Virus record (IMG/VR): IMGVR_UViG_3300042386_001493
Span: 22,252 to 86,251 of that record
DNA from: a virus
Taxonomy: Duplodnaviria > Caudoviricetes
Direction: 5' to 3' (one strand)
DNA: 64,000 bases
Part shown: positions 1-9,508 of the stretch, piece after piece
Layout: each line of letters begins with the position of its first letter
Position numbering within the stretch: position 1 is the stretch's first letter
The notes under the pieces: model-generated
Told to the model about the DNA's origin: nothing
The model's input: only the letters and a program-made list of their open reading frames with translations
The model's database searches: none
Made by a program: the position numbers and the translations under genes

Positions 1-1945
1 ATCTTGTTGCTGCTACGGTTGCATCAATATAGGCTTGACGTAATAATCTAACTGCCGTTGTTTCTACTGCAAATGATTGCGTTAGGCGTGTATGAGCCTG
101 ATTTAAAGATGCCGCTACTGTGGCTGCTTCTAGTTGTTCGCTATTTAAATAACTTGTTTGTTGGGCAAGAAGGTTTGTATTTGTCCCAGCCCTTAAAAAT
201 CCAGAACGCATTGTTATAAATAGTTTTATTATGTTTGCAACACCGTTGGCAAGTAAGCCAAAAGTCATTAATAGCACTGGTCCAATAACTCCAACAAGGG
301 TTGATGCTACAACAATAAACTTCTTAGTGCCCTCACCAAGATTATCAAACTTGTCTAATAGCCTACCAACTACTTGAACAATTGGTGTAACTGCTTCTAA
401 AAATGTTTTTCCTATCGGCGCTATAGCAACCTTAAGTTTTTCTATTGACTCTTTAAAATTAGTTCCAACAGCATCTTCTAAAACACCTAATTCTCGTTCA
501 GATAATATTGCAAGTTCTTCAATTGAAGCCCCCGCAAGATTTAAAACCCTAGCAGCCTGAGTTCCTTCTTTTGTTACGTTTTGAAATAAAGTTGATAGTC
601 TTGAAAATTGAAACTTACCAAATAGTTGTTCAATAGCACGAGCACGGTTTAGAGGATCAAGAGTATCTAATGCCTTAGAAAAATCAATTACTGTGTTTCT
701 TATGTTTCCTTTATTAGTTTCAACAATTGCATTAATGTTTACCCCAAGTTTTCCAAGAAATGCTGCTGCCTTGTCTGATGGATTAATTAAAGAGGCAAGA
801 CCTGATTTAAGGGCGTTAGCACCTTCTGATGCATTAATACCACCTTCTTTCATTGCTGTTAAGAAAAATGCTAGATCTTCAACAGATCCACCAAGTTGTT
901 TTACTACTGGTCCTGCTTTAGGAATTGCTTCTGTTAAATCTTCAATAGATACTACAGTTTGGTTTTCAACTGCGTTAAGAAAATTAATTTTACTTGCTAA
1001 ATCTTCTGCTGCTACACCAAAAGCATTTGTTACTGATATTGTTGTTTCTAATGCTTGTGCTTGCTCTACTCCGCCAAGAACTGCAAGGCGAGTTGCTTGT
1101 GCTACTTGGGCTGTAAGTTCTGCCCCTGTTTTACCCATTGCTGCGGCATTAGCAGCCATTTCCATAGTTTCTGTAACTGCAACACCATATTTTGTAAATT
1201 CTTTGGCAAGTTGTTCTACATCAGCCAAAGCCTTATTGGTCTGGTCAGTTGTTGTAAACATATCTCCATAAACACGTTTAAACCTAATGGCTTGTTTTTC
1301 AAGATCCATAAATGTTTTAGCAGCGGCGGTACCAAAATAAGCAAGGGGAATTGTAAAGCCAACCATAAGTTGACGTCCTGCCCACTGTGTATTCTTACCA
1401 AAATTTAAAAGGTTAGTAGATCCCTGTTTTAATAGTTGATTTAACAATGCTTGTTTTTGTGCTGCTACTGCTAATTTTGTAGAGTAGTCTTTCATGTTTA
1501 AAGTGTTTGGAGTTATTGAAATTGCTTTCATTGCTCCAGAAGCATCACGACCCATCTTGATATACTGGGTCTGCATCTTCTTAACACGCTCTTCGGCCAC
1601 CTTGCCAATTGTGTTAAATTCTTGTTTAAATAATCTGCCAAATGTTTTTGTAGATCCGCCTGCATAACGGAAATACTCACGCATAGAGAGTTTATTTGTC
1701 TCCAGTGCGTGAGTAAATGATTCTGTTGAGGTTCTTACTAACCCCATTTGTGCACGGAATTTACCCGTTGCATTTATTGAATTTAAAAGATTGGTCTGCA
1801 AGCCTTTTTGAGCGGCTGCTGCGGCAGCGCTACTTTTTGCTACAGATGAATGGAAGGTTGCTAATTGACGTTGGAGATTTTTAAGTTCTGCCAGTGCCGC
1901 CGACGTATCAATATGTACGCCAATATTAGCATTTACATCAGCCAT
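1..1945 (-). CDS. Tape measure protein, 5' part (runs off window edge)
   Basis: Open frame from ATG at 1945 (MADVNANIGVHIDTSAALAELKNLQRQL...) with a GAGGTG Shine-Dalgarno. It contains the Ala/Leu-rich TMP core (WAGRQLMVGFTIPL..., ASEGANALKSGLASLINP) and lies directly after the tail chaperones. Confidence 0.9.
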   Translation of the reverse strand, partial: MADVNANIGVHIDTSAALAELKNLQRQLATFHSSVAKSSAAAAAAQKGLQTNLLNSINATGKFRAQMGLVRTSTESFTHALETNKLSMREYFRYAGGSTKTFGRLFKQEFNTIGKVAEERVKKMQTQYIKMGRDASGAMKAISITPNTLNMKDYSTKLAVAAQKQALLNQLLKQGSTNLLNFGKNTQWAGRQLMVGFTIPLAYFGTAAAKTFMDLEKQAIRFKRVYGDMFTTTDQTNKALADVEQLAKEFTKYGVAVTETMEMAANAAAMGKTGAELTAQVAQATRLAVLGGVEQAQALETTISVTNAFGVAAEDLASKINFLNAVENQTVVSIEDLTEAIPKAGPVVKQLGGSVEDLAFFLTAMKEGGINASEGANALKSGLASLINPSDKAAAFLGKLGVNINAIVETNKGNIRNTVIDFSKALDTLDPLNRARAIEQLFGKFQFSRLSTLFQNVTKEGTQAARVLNLAGASIEELAILSERELGVLEDAVGTNFKESIEKLKVAIAPIGKTFLEAVTPIVQVVGRLLDKFDNLGEGTKKFIVVASTLVGVIGPVLLMTFGLLANGVANIIKLFITMRSGFLRAGTNTNLLAQQTSYLNSEQLEAATVAASLNQAHTRLTQSFAVETTAVRLLRQAYIDATVAATR

Positions 1946-1967
1946 TCATTTACACCTCTTTTATTAT

Positions 1968-2300
1968 TTAGTTGTTTGCAAGCACTGTATTTAAAAGAGC
2001 GTTTGCATCTGCTAGTTTAACTCCAGAAGCGGCTTCAATAATTTTATAAACTGTTGGAAGGTCTAAGACCTCTTCTAGTTTACTAATATCTTTAGACAGG
2101 TCTGGATTGTACTGCTCCATAGCAATTTGTACGCACTCAATAAGAAGAGTCATTGACTTATCGTTATCTTCTGCTACCCCTGCTACCTGCTCAAACTTTT
2201 TCATAAATGGACGAAGCAGAGAAATCTTAAGTGAGCGTACCTTAATTTTTGTGCCGTCCATGAGAACAAGTTCTTCACCCTCGTGTACTGTTGTTGCCAT
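1968..2300 (-). CDS. Tail assembly chaperone, short (gpG-like)
   Basis: 110 aa, located between major tail and TMP genes; paralogous to the N-terminus of 2347..3042. Confidence 0.75.
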   Translation of the reverse strand: MATTVHEGEELVLMDGTKIKVRSLKISLLRPFMKKFEQVAGVAEDNDKSMTLLIECVQIAMEQYNPDLSKDISKLEEVLDLPTVYKIIEAASGVKLADANALLNTVLANN

Positions 2301-2346
2301 TTGTGTATCCTCCTATATAGGCTATGTCAATTATAGCATAGGGAAG

Positions 2347-3042
2347 TTATTTTGTTAGATCTTCGTAATCCAAACCCATACCTATACCAAACCCTGCTTT
2401 CTGTGCATTAGGTCCTTGTAATGCTAAAATATCGTTGCCGTCAACAGTTTTTCCTTTGCTAAAAACTCTTGCTTTCATATCTTCCCATTCCCTTTGACCT
2501 TTATCTTTATTTGATTCTTTGTCTAGGTCTACCCCCTGAATTGCAGCCAAGAATTTTTTTTCTGTATAGTCTAATTCTCTAATTACCTCTAGGGTTGCCA
2601 TTAACTCTGGCATTGATAAAGAAGTTTCTAACTCTTGGTAGTCTTTCCAAATACCGAGCAAAAATACCTCTGCTTCTAGTTTTGCAAGGTCTAGGGTTTC
2701 CCAGGTTTGACCACTACCAATTGCTTGATCCTTTACTGGCTCTTCTAACTTTTTATTAATCTTAATGCCAGCAGCGGCATCTAGTACTTTATATACGGTG
2801 GGCATATCTATACTGTCCTCAACATCCTTAACAGTACCTGAAATTTTAGGATAGTATTGTTTCATACAGATTCTAACACATTCTATTAATATACCAATTG
2901 CGTCATCATCATTTTTTGTGTTTTTAATATTATTAAATGTCAACATGAACTCACGAAGATATTTTATTTTTAATGGTATTATTTCTAATTCTGTCCCATC
3001 AAATAAATAGACTATATCACTTTTATATATTGTAGTTGCCAT
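2347..3042 (-). CDS. Tail assembly chaperone, long (gpGT-like, single frame)
   Basis: N-terminal ~100 aa align with 1968..2300. It adds a C-terminal domain (LDLAKLEAEVFLLGIWKDYQELETSLSMPEL). Synteny fits. Confidence 0.7.
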   Translation of the reverse strand: MATTIYKSDIVYLFDGTELEIIPLKIKYLREFMLTFNNIKNTKNDDDAIGILIECVRICMKQYYPKISGTVKDVEDSIDMPTVYKVLDAAAGIKINKKLEEPVKDQAIGSGQTWETLDLAKLEAEVFLLGIWKDYQELETSLSMPELMATLEVIRELDYTEKKFLAAIQGVDLDKESNKDKGQREWEDMKARVFSKGKTVDGNDILALQGPNAQKAGFGIGMGLDYEDLTK

Positions 3043-3068
3043 AGAATTCTATTCTATCACAAACACAA

Positions 3069-3100
3069 CAAAAAACCCACCTCCGAAGAAGTGGGTATTT
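3069..3100 (-). terminator. Probable intrinsic terminator after major tail gene
   Basis: Stem ACCCAC/GTGGGT followed by a U-tract on the minus strand. Confidence 0.55.
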
Positions 3101-3118
3101 GTTTAATCTGAATTTAGA

Positions 3119-3751
3119 TTATGATTGACCGTATGTGCGATCTACGATTTTACCGTAAGATCCTGATGTATCTTCTGGCAATAAACGGAATGATACTTCA
3201 AACATTGAAGCCTCATCACGCTTTGCTGATACAGTTACGTTTTCAATTGACAAAGCACGGTATGCTGTGTAAACTCTTTCAACATCGGCTGCAGTTGCTG
3301 GGTTTCCAGTTCCTGGGCCAACAGCAACTAATCCTCGCTCCAATGGAACTTCTCCAATGTCGCCAGCAGAAAGATTTAATGTTCTTCCTGTAGATGCTGC
3401 CTTGTTTCCTGAAATTTCGTCATCAGAATACGCTAGAGCAAGAAGCAAGTTTTCTAAAGTTGCTTCGGCAAAGGCTGTTGCAAGATTTACCTGCATACCT
3501 TGCTTAAATAGTCTAGCAACGTCAAGAACCTGATCTACCTGGACTTCACCGAAATCTGGTTGGAACTGTAATTCAAGACCGTTCATTGTATAACCTACGT
3601 TAGTGTAGTCTGCTTCATCTGTAAGTGTATCCTTAAAAGACTCACTTGCATCAAATGTTTCCAGTGTTGCTGGAGTTAAAGTTGTGTCAGCAATAAAAAG
3701 TGCTGCTGCACCAACGATAATGTTGTTCGACGTACCACGGCTATATGGCAT
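3119..3751 (-). CDS. Major tail (tube) protein
   Basis: 210 aa; NIIVGAA..., VGYTxNGLELQFQPDFGEVQVDQ..., terminal FEVSFRLLP. Located upstream of the chaperones and TMP. Confidence 0.85.
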   Translation of the reverse strand: MPYSRGTSNNIIVGAAALFIADTTLTPATLETFDASESFKDTLTDEADYTNVGYTMNGLELQFQPDFGEVQVDQVLDVARLFKQGMQVNLATAFAEATLENLLLALAYSDDEISGNKAASTGRTLNLSAGDIGEVPLERGLVAVGPGTGNPATAADVERVYTAYRALSIENVTVSAKRDEASMFEVSFRLLPEDTSGSYGKIVDRTYGQS

Positions 3752-3827
3752 GTATTTTACCTCTTTTCATAATAGTAGATATTAAGTTGTATGGCGTTGT
3801 TTCCTCGATACTAATTATATCACCGTT

Positions 3828-4406
3828 TTAAGAATATCGTTTATTTGAACCTTGCACGCTTACCGTATGATAGTCATACTCAATAACTAACTTGTTTAGC
3901 CCCAAGGTTCTAGCAGAAGCCAACTCTACGATATCCCTGCTTTCATCTGCTTGATACACCTTCAAGTTATGAAAAAATACATTTTTAGGGATTACGGCAC
4001 CCGCCTCATCCTCTATATCATTATTTGCTATCCAAAAGTTTAAGGCTTGGGCTGCAACATCTTCTCGATCAAGACATTCTATTATTACCCTAGTTGTATC
4101 AAATAATTTAGAAAGATTAGGGCTATAAATAAAATATATTAACTGTTCTCTTTTATGCTTGTAAAATGGGGTAGGTCTAAATCTCATAAGTCTATCAAAT
4201 ATAATTACGGTAGTATCAGGATTATTTCTAATAAAAGGAATGTCATTATATATACCTTCTACACTGTCAGGTACTTGAGCGGGAAAAAATGGCTGAAATG
4301 GTTCAAGTCCAGTTGGCATTAAATCAAACTCTTGAAGTTCGCTGTGAATAAAAGCGTTAATAAATATTGGGGGAAACCCAGTTTCTTTTGATACTAAAGA
4401 GGTCAT
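3828..4406 (-). CDS. Putative tail terminator / neck protein
   Basis: 192 aa immediately upstream of the major tail gene; call rests on synteny. Confidence 0.55.
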   Translation of the reverse strand: MTSLVSKETGFPPIFINAFIHSELQEFDLMPTGLEPFQPFFPAQVPDSVEGIYNDIPFIRNNPDTTVIIFDRLMRFRPTPFYKHKREQLIYFIYSPNLSKLFDTTRVIIECLDREDVAAQALNFWIANNDIEDEAGAVIPKNVFFHNLKVYQADESRDIVELASARTLGLNKLVIEYDYHTVSVQGSNKRYS

Positions 4407-4410
4407 AATA

Positions 4411-5088
4411 CTATTCTACACCAATCTTTGCATTAACAATCCATCTAAATCCAGTATCTACACCTTTTGACTTGCCTAGTCTTGCCCCAGACTTTATTTG
4501 TTTTTTAAATATTACTGGTTTTTTAATGTAGTCATATATACCGCTAGCACGTAAAAATGATTGTTTAAAATACCTTAAAATAAATTCGTCTATTGTTTTT
4601 TCAAAAGATCCTTGAGCCTGACTTCCTCCAGGATTTCTAACTGTTACAGAATTTTTAGTAAATACAGTTTCACCACCTTCATTAAAAACAAGAACTGGAG
4701 ATTTTACTGGTTTAATGACAACTGGAATTCCTTCTTCCATAATCTTAGCCTTATTATAGAATGGCACATTTGATTCTTTTTTTACACTTCTTGATTGTGT
4801 AAATGTTGAATTAATGCTTAGTCCTAAATTGCTAACAGTATAATTAATGTTAAATAGTCTTGCGCTTGGACTGCCTGTTTGATACCACTCATATACGTGC
4901 TGAAGTGCTGCAGGATTTCCTCTTGCAGAAACATCTACATATTTAGCCATTGCATCTATTGTTTCAATTCCTAAGTTTTTTAAAAAAATTGTTTTACCTT
5001 TTTGAGCACCATCTAAAAAACCAAATGCATATTGGACTATGTTGTTCATTTCTTTATTAAAACTTGCTGTGTTGGTTCTAACTATCAT
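4411..5088 (-). CDS. Putative neck / tail-completion protein
   Basis: 225 aa, basic, HVYEW motif, within the neck gene series. Confidence 0.5.
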   Translation of the reverse strand: MIVRTNTASFNKEMNNIVQYAFGFLDGAQKGKTIFLKNLGIETIDAMAKYVDVSARGNPAALQHVYEWYQTGSPSARLFNINYTVSNLGLSINSTFTQSRSVKKESNVPFYNKAKIMEEGIPVVIKPVKSPVLVFNEGGETVFTKNSVTVRNPGGSQAQGSFEKTIDEFILRYFKQSFLRASGIYDYIKKPVIFKKQIKSGARLGKSKGVDTGFRWIVNAKIGVE

Positions 5089-5534
5089 TAGTCTTCTACT
5101 GTTTGATTTTCTGTTCTACGTAATAAAAACTTAAAATATTCTACTGATCCAAAAGGACCAGAAAATGGTTCTACTGTTGCTATCTCATAGATTGTTCCAC
5201 GTCCAGACCTTGACCCTGCTGTTTCTCTATAAATAAGTTCATCGTTAGCATTACGAATATTTGTAATTAAAATGTTTGTAATAGCATTATCTGTTTTATT
5301 TGATGATACCCTAGGATCTGATTTTGTTCTTGCTATTAGTTTATTTTCATGTTGTAGAAATGCTTCTGGTTTGATTTGTTCAGTACCCGCTCCACCTACA
5401 GATGTAGCATTACATATAATTGTTCTATCATAAAACCAAGTTCTGCTTGCTTGTCCGTATTGAGTTTGATTTATTATTGGATAGTATAAATCAGCCTTCA
5501 TTGGATAAAGAAAGTCTGTTGTGCAGTCTTCCAT
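5088..5534 (-). CDS. Putative head-to-tail stopper (head closure)
   Basis: 148 aa, beta-rich, C-terminal YEIATVEPF...F.LRR; follows the adaptor gene. Confidence 0.55.
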   Translation of the reverse strand: MEDCTTDFLYPMKADLYYPIINQTQYGQASRTWFYDRTIICNATSVGGAGTEQIKPEAFLQHENKLIARTKSDPRVSSNKTDNAITNILITNIRNANDELIYRETAGSRSGRGTIYEIATVEPFSGPFGSVEYFKFLLRRTENQTVED

Positions 5535-6520
5535 TATAATACTCCTGGACGGATGATATTCTCTTTATATTTTTCTAAAATTTTATCTACTAATATATTG
5601 CCAGTGCCTTCTATTAAGCGATCATCATATTGAATTTTATATTGATCAGTGCTAAAACTTTTAACATATCTCTTGTAATAGTCCATTTTGCCACACTTAA
5701 TATCATCAATTAACATTAATGTTGCATCTTGAATATCATAAGGAACAACTTTATATCCAGTCTCTAACAACATAATGTAATCTGCTCCTTCTGGAAATGC
5801 AACTCCAGGAACGACAGTTTGAGTATGTCCACTATCTTCTGTATCAAACATGCTAATAGAATCTGAGTATCCTAATGGAATACGTGCATATCTTCGTTCT
5901 GCCCGATTTATAGAATCAACTGCCTCCATTGGATCTTTAGTAATTGCTGTTTTATCTTTAGTAATTAAAAAAGTATAGTCTAATAACTCTGGTCCGTCTG
6001 CGTTGTCTATATCATAAACTAGTTGTGCATTTTCATATACTTTTAAAATTTTGTGAGTTCTTTTCCAAAGCGGTAAATAATCATTTCCTTGTCCAACAAC
6101 TTCTAAATAAGTTCTATCATAATAAAATCCACCGACAGCAGCATCAATAATTGCTCTTGCTAAATTTTCATAACCTGTATAAAGTGCTATGTCGGTTGCT
6201 GTGCCAGATACGGCTAAAGGTGTTGGATCTACGTATGGTCTCATAATTTCTAAATTATCTTGTACTACAATATCACCACGTACAATGTTTGCTCCAGAAG
6301 ATCCACCATCTTCATAAATTGTTAAAGCATATGATTTATCATATTTAACAAAATCATCATCTAAAGAGTAGGTTATTTTTTTACTAGCATTAGACTCAAT
6401 GGTCTCTTCAATTTCTGTTAATTCTGCAACATTTTCAATAACAATAACATAGTCAGCATTAGCATCTGGAACTGTATAGGTTACAGAAAGTGGATAGGGT
6501 GGAAGACGTAATATTTGCAT
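5534..6520 (-). CDS. Head-to-tail adaptor
   Basis: 328 aa with ARAIID...G..F and GY..VP.DIQDAT.MLI motifs typical of gp6/gp15-like adaptors. Confidence 0.65.
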   Translation of the reverse strand: MQILRLPPYPLSVTYTVPDANADYVIVIENVAELTEIEETIESNASKKITYSLDDDFVKYDKSYALTIYEDGGSSGANIVRGDIVVQDNLEIMRPYVDPTPLAVSGTATDIALYTGYENLARAIIDAAVGGFYYDRTYLEVVGQGNDYLPLWKRTHKILKVYENAQLVYDIDNADGPELLDYTFLITKDKTAITKDPMEAVDSINRAERRYARIPLGYSDSISMFDTEDSGHTQTVVPGVAFPEGADYIMLLETGYKVVPYDIQDATLMLIDDIKCGKMDYYKRYVKSFSTDQYKIQYDDRLIEGTGNILVDKILEKYKENIIRPGVL

Positions 6521-6522
6521 TT

Positions 6523-6876
6523 TTATTTACCGTAATATGATGCTACCTCTTCAGGTGGTGCAATTCTTACCAACCTGTGGGTTAACCATTTTTCGGATGC
6601 CTCCTTTGAGACTATGTTGTACCCTACCTTAAGAGCACCTAGGTTATCCATGTGTAGGTTTCTTTCTGAGTATAACGCTATTTTGTTTATCATACTTTTT
6701 GCTTTATCTGCTTCTTGAACTTGTTCTTCTGTTTTTTCTGGTGGAATCCAACTAGCCAAGATTTCTAAAATTTCAAGTTTAGTGGTTGATTCAAACAACT
6801 CTATATTATTTTTTTTTGCATATGCCTTTAATGCCATTACAGTTTTAGTCGATAATTCTTCTATTGTTAAACTCAT
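6523..6876 (-). CDS. Small protein with N-terminal Rho-N/HeH-like helical motif
   Basis: LSTKTVMALKAYAKKNNIEL...KLEILEIL; directly downstream of the MCP gene. Confidence 0.5.
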   Translation of the reverse strand: MSLTIEELSTKTVMALKAYAKKNNIELFESTTKLEILEILASWIPPEKTEEQVQEADKAKSMINKIALYSERNLHMDNLGALKVGYNIVSKEASEKWLTHRLVRIAPPEEVASYYGK

Positions 6877-6919
6877 AATTCTCCTATGCTTATTTGTAAT
6901 TATACCAGAATAAGAATAA

Positions 6920-6945
6920 GGCGGGTAGTTTTTACGCTACCCGCC
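6920..6945 (-). terminator. Hairpin after major capsid gene
   Basis: GGCGGGTAG...CTACCCGCC inverted repeat; minus-strand tail reads TTATTCTT. Confidence 0.55.
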
Positions 6946-6967
6946 CTAATATTTGATCTTTTAGATC

Positions 6968-8119
6968 TTAGGAATCAGCGCTATCTGAGTCAACATAAGC
7001 GACTGCATCTAGTTCTTCCCATTGGATACCAAAGCGTACAAATACTGTGTACTCAATTGTATCTTTCTTTGGCTTGTATTCACGGTTTACAGTGATGTCT
7101 CTCTGGAAACCCCATACACGGTTCTGAGGGAATGTCAAATCGACATAACCTGCAGGGTAGTAAGGAACTTCTAGAACGTCTACACCAAGTACACGGGTTG
7201 TGCGTGAGTTGCCAGTTGTCTGTGCACCACCATCAAGGAATGCTTGACGATTTGCTTCAGTACTTCCTGGACGGTTAGCAAATGCTTCTGCAACTGCATC
7301 AGCAAGTGTACCGTTGTTACGAACAATACCAGCAAAAGCATCAGTACCTGCGTAGAACTTAAGGTTTGACTTAAGTGCACGATACTTACGAGGCATTGCT
7401 AATAGCAAGCCTTGCATTACTGATGTTGAGTAGTTGTTGTCTGAAACTGTTGCAGCATATTCGTGAGCGTCGTTTCCGACTGTTCCACGAGTTTGCTTAA
7501 CAAAGCCAGGCATGATGGAAAGGAAGGCATCTGCGCCTGATCCTAGACCATTAATTGCAAGGTCTTCAATATCGTTAGCGAATGCATTGGTCATTAAGCG
7601 AACTAAATGATCTTCAAGTGCTCCACCTTCAATATTGTCTTCTAGTGCTTCAGTTGATACTTCCCAATCAAGACGAATCTTTTTGGTAGTTAATTCAACC
7701 TTTGAGAATGTTGCACCAATGTTTGTGTAATCTGGTGCGCCTTGTGCGGCTGCACGGATAACACGCTCTCCAACGTTGACCTTTTCGATCTCCATTGTAT
7801 TGGCACGCATTGTAACTCTACGACCATCTTTAGCGAGAACTGTTGCATCCCACACATAGTCGATGAAGCGACGTGCTTGTTCTGGTGCTAGAATACCACC
7901 TGCTGCGCCTGTTGGGTTTACTGCGTTTGCTCCAGATGTTGATCCGAATGCTGCAGTTGCAGTGTTACCAAGTTGTGATCCTACAGACGCTGCTGCAGAA
8001 TCTAAACCAGTAGCACTACCTACGCCACCAGATACGAATGAGCCTTGAGAGTTAATCTCTGCGCCTGCTCCGCCTGATCCTGGGTAGTTTTTTTCTAGGT
8101 CTTTATTTTGTTCCGACAT
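6968..8119 (-). CDS. Major capsid protein (HK97 fold)
   Basis: GGILAPEQARRFIDY, VELTTKKIRLDWEVSTEALEDNIEG, FANDIEDLAING. AGGAGG SD favours ATG at 8119 over the track start at 8128. Confidence 0.92.
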   Translation of the reverse strand: MSEQNKDLEKNYPGSGGAGAEINSQGSFVSGGVGSATGLDSAAASVGSQLGNTATAAFGSTSGANAVNPTGAAGGILAPEQARRFIDYVWDATVLAKDGRRVTMRANTMEIEKVNVGERVIRAAAQGAPDYTNIGATFSKVELTTKKIRLDWEVSTEALEDNIEGGALEDHLVRLMTNAFANDIEDLAINGLGSGADAFLSIMPGFVKQTRGTVGNDAHEYAATVSDNNYSTSVMQGLLLAMPRKYRALKSNLKFYAGTDAFAGIVRNNGTLADAVAEAFANRPGSTEANRQAFLDGGAQTTGNSRTTRVLGVDVLEVPYYPAGYVDLTFPQNRVWGFQRDITVNREYKPKKDTIEYTVFVRFGIQWEELDAVAYVDSDSADS

Positions 8120-8147
8120 TATTTTCACCTCCTAGTGATTTTGTACT

Positions 8148-9467
8148 TTAGTTAAATAGGTCGGTTGATGTGAGGAAACGACCGCCCCATAGGGATTTCT
8201 GAACTTTTGAGGGTTCAAACTGCACGATCTCGCCTAGATCGCCAGACTTGCGGAAAGCGGTGTCTTGTTCTACAAGATCTACTCGCTTACCAAACTCATT
8301 AAAAACTCCCTTTACATTTTTTACTTCATCAGATACGGTCTTAACCTCACCTGATACGGTGTCAAGAGACTTACTCAATGCAACAATTTGCTCGTGAAGA
8401 GACTTAACGGTTGTTGCTAAATCGCCAAAGGCATTTGTAAGAGAATTTTTGATTTCTGTAACTGCCTCAACAATTACTTCATCAGACTTTGCTACAACAG
8501 TTTCAGTTGCAACAACTTCTCCCTCTTCTGTTTTTTCAACAGAAGAATCTGCACTACCATCGCTAGATTTAGCAAGAGCAAGTTCTTCAACTGCTGGTGC
8601 CTCCTCAGCAACTGCAACAGTTTCTTCAACTGCTACTGGCTGTGCCTCTGGAGCGACCTTTACTTCTTCAACTGCAGTGTCAACCACTGCTTCTGTTGTT
8701 TCAGTCATAGGACTAACCTCCTTTGTAATCTTAATTGTACTAATGCCTTTAGCACTATCAACTAAGAACTTTAGTGTTTCTGTATTATTTTTGTCTCCCT
8801 TTTCAATAAAGCCAATGTTTTGCATTGCCTTTCCTGATGTAGGGCTTGTTTCGTTTTCAGACTCTGACACCATAACGATTCCAGTTTCTGAATCCCAAAA
8901 CACATTTTCAATTTCTGCCTTTGAAAGATATCCACTAACAACATTTTTACCATCTACCTTTTCGATAGATACAATGTTTGCAAATTGGTTTGCAGGATTA
9001 TCAACCAACGACAACTCAAATAAATCATATTCTTTAATTACACGTATAGTTTTGCTTAGTTCTTCGTTGTATGCGTCGTCCCAATTTTTAATGTTACCGC
9101 CAATAGAAAAACCTTTGTATGTTCCGTCTAAAACCTTTTCCCATGCATCTTGTGCACCTTTTGAAACATATGCTGAAACATATACTCCACTATAAAACTT
9201 CTTAACTGATGGATCAAAATAACGATCTTCTTTAAATGATACAATTTTTCCAACTGCGGATGGTTGGTGCATCTCACGCAAGTTTCCTCTAAAATTTTTG
9301 AATGCTTCAACGCTTGACTCTGTTGTTACGATGTCGCCTTGCTTATCAATATTATCTAAAGTAGCAAAACCAGAAACCATACGACGCTCTATGTCTACTT
9401 TACCAATAGGCATTGATAGGCGAACGCTGTCGCCAGTAGTTTCCCAATGAGCCTTATTTATTAACAT
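8148..9467 (-). CDS. Prohead protease fused to acidic scaffold-like domain
   Basis: HK97/XkdF-type protease motifs (DKQGD, REMH, YKGFSIGG, ELSLVDNPAN), then a Glu/Val/Ala-rich linker and coiled coil. Confidence 0.88.
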   Translation of the reverse strand: MLINKAHWETTGDSVRLSMPIGKVDIERRMVSGFATLDNIDKQGDIVTTESSVEAFKNFRGNLREMHQPSAVGKIVSFKEDRYFDPSVKKFYSGVYVSAYVSKGAQDAWEKVLDGTYKGFSIGGNIKNWDDAYNEELSKTIRVIKEYDLFELSLVDNPANQFANIVSIEKVDGKNVVSGYLSKAEIENVFWDSETGIVMVSESENETSPTSGKAMQNIGFIEKGDKNNTETLKFLVDSAKGISTIKITKEVSPMTETTEAVVDTAVEEVKVAPEAQPVAVEETVAVAEEAPAVEELALAKSSDGSADSSVEKTEEGEVVATETVVAKSDEVIVEAVTEIKNSLTNAFGDLATTVKSLHEQIVALSKSLDTVSGEVKTVSDEVKNVKGVFNEFGKRVDLVEQDTAFRKSGDLGEIVQFEPSKVQKSLWGGRFLTSTDLFN

Positions 9468-9508
9468 ATCGTTATCTATTATACCAAATATTATTACACT
9501 TATCTCAA

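Noticed and set aside
693-1408. Plus-strand ORFs of 192 and 117 aa
   Set aside because: Antisense shadows of the tape measure gene on the minus strand.
8449-9195. 248-aa Ser/Thr-rich plus-strand ORF
   Set aside because: Antisense to the protease/scaffold gene; its composition is explained by reverse-complement codons.
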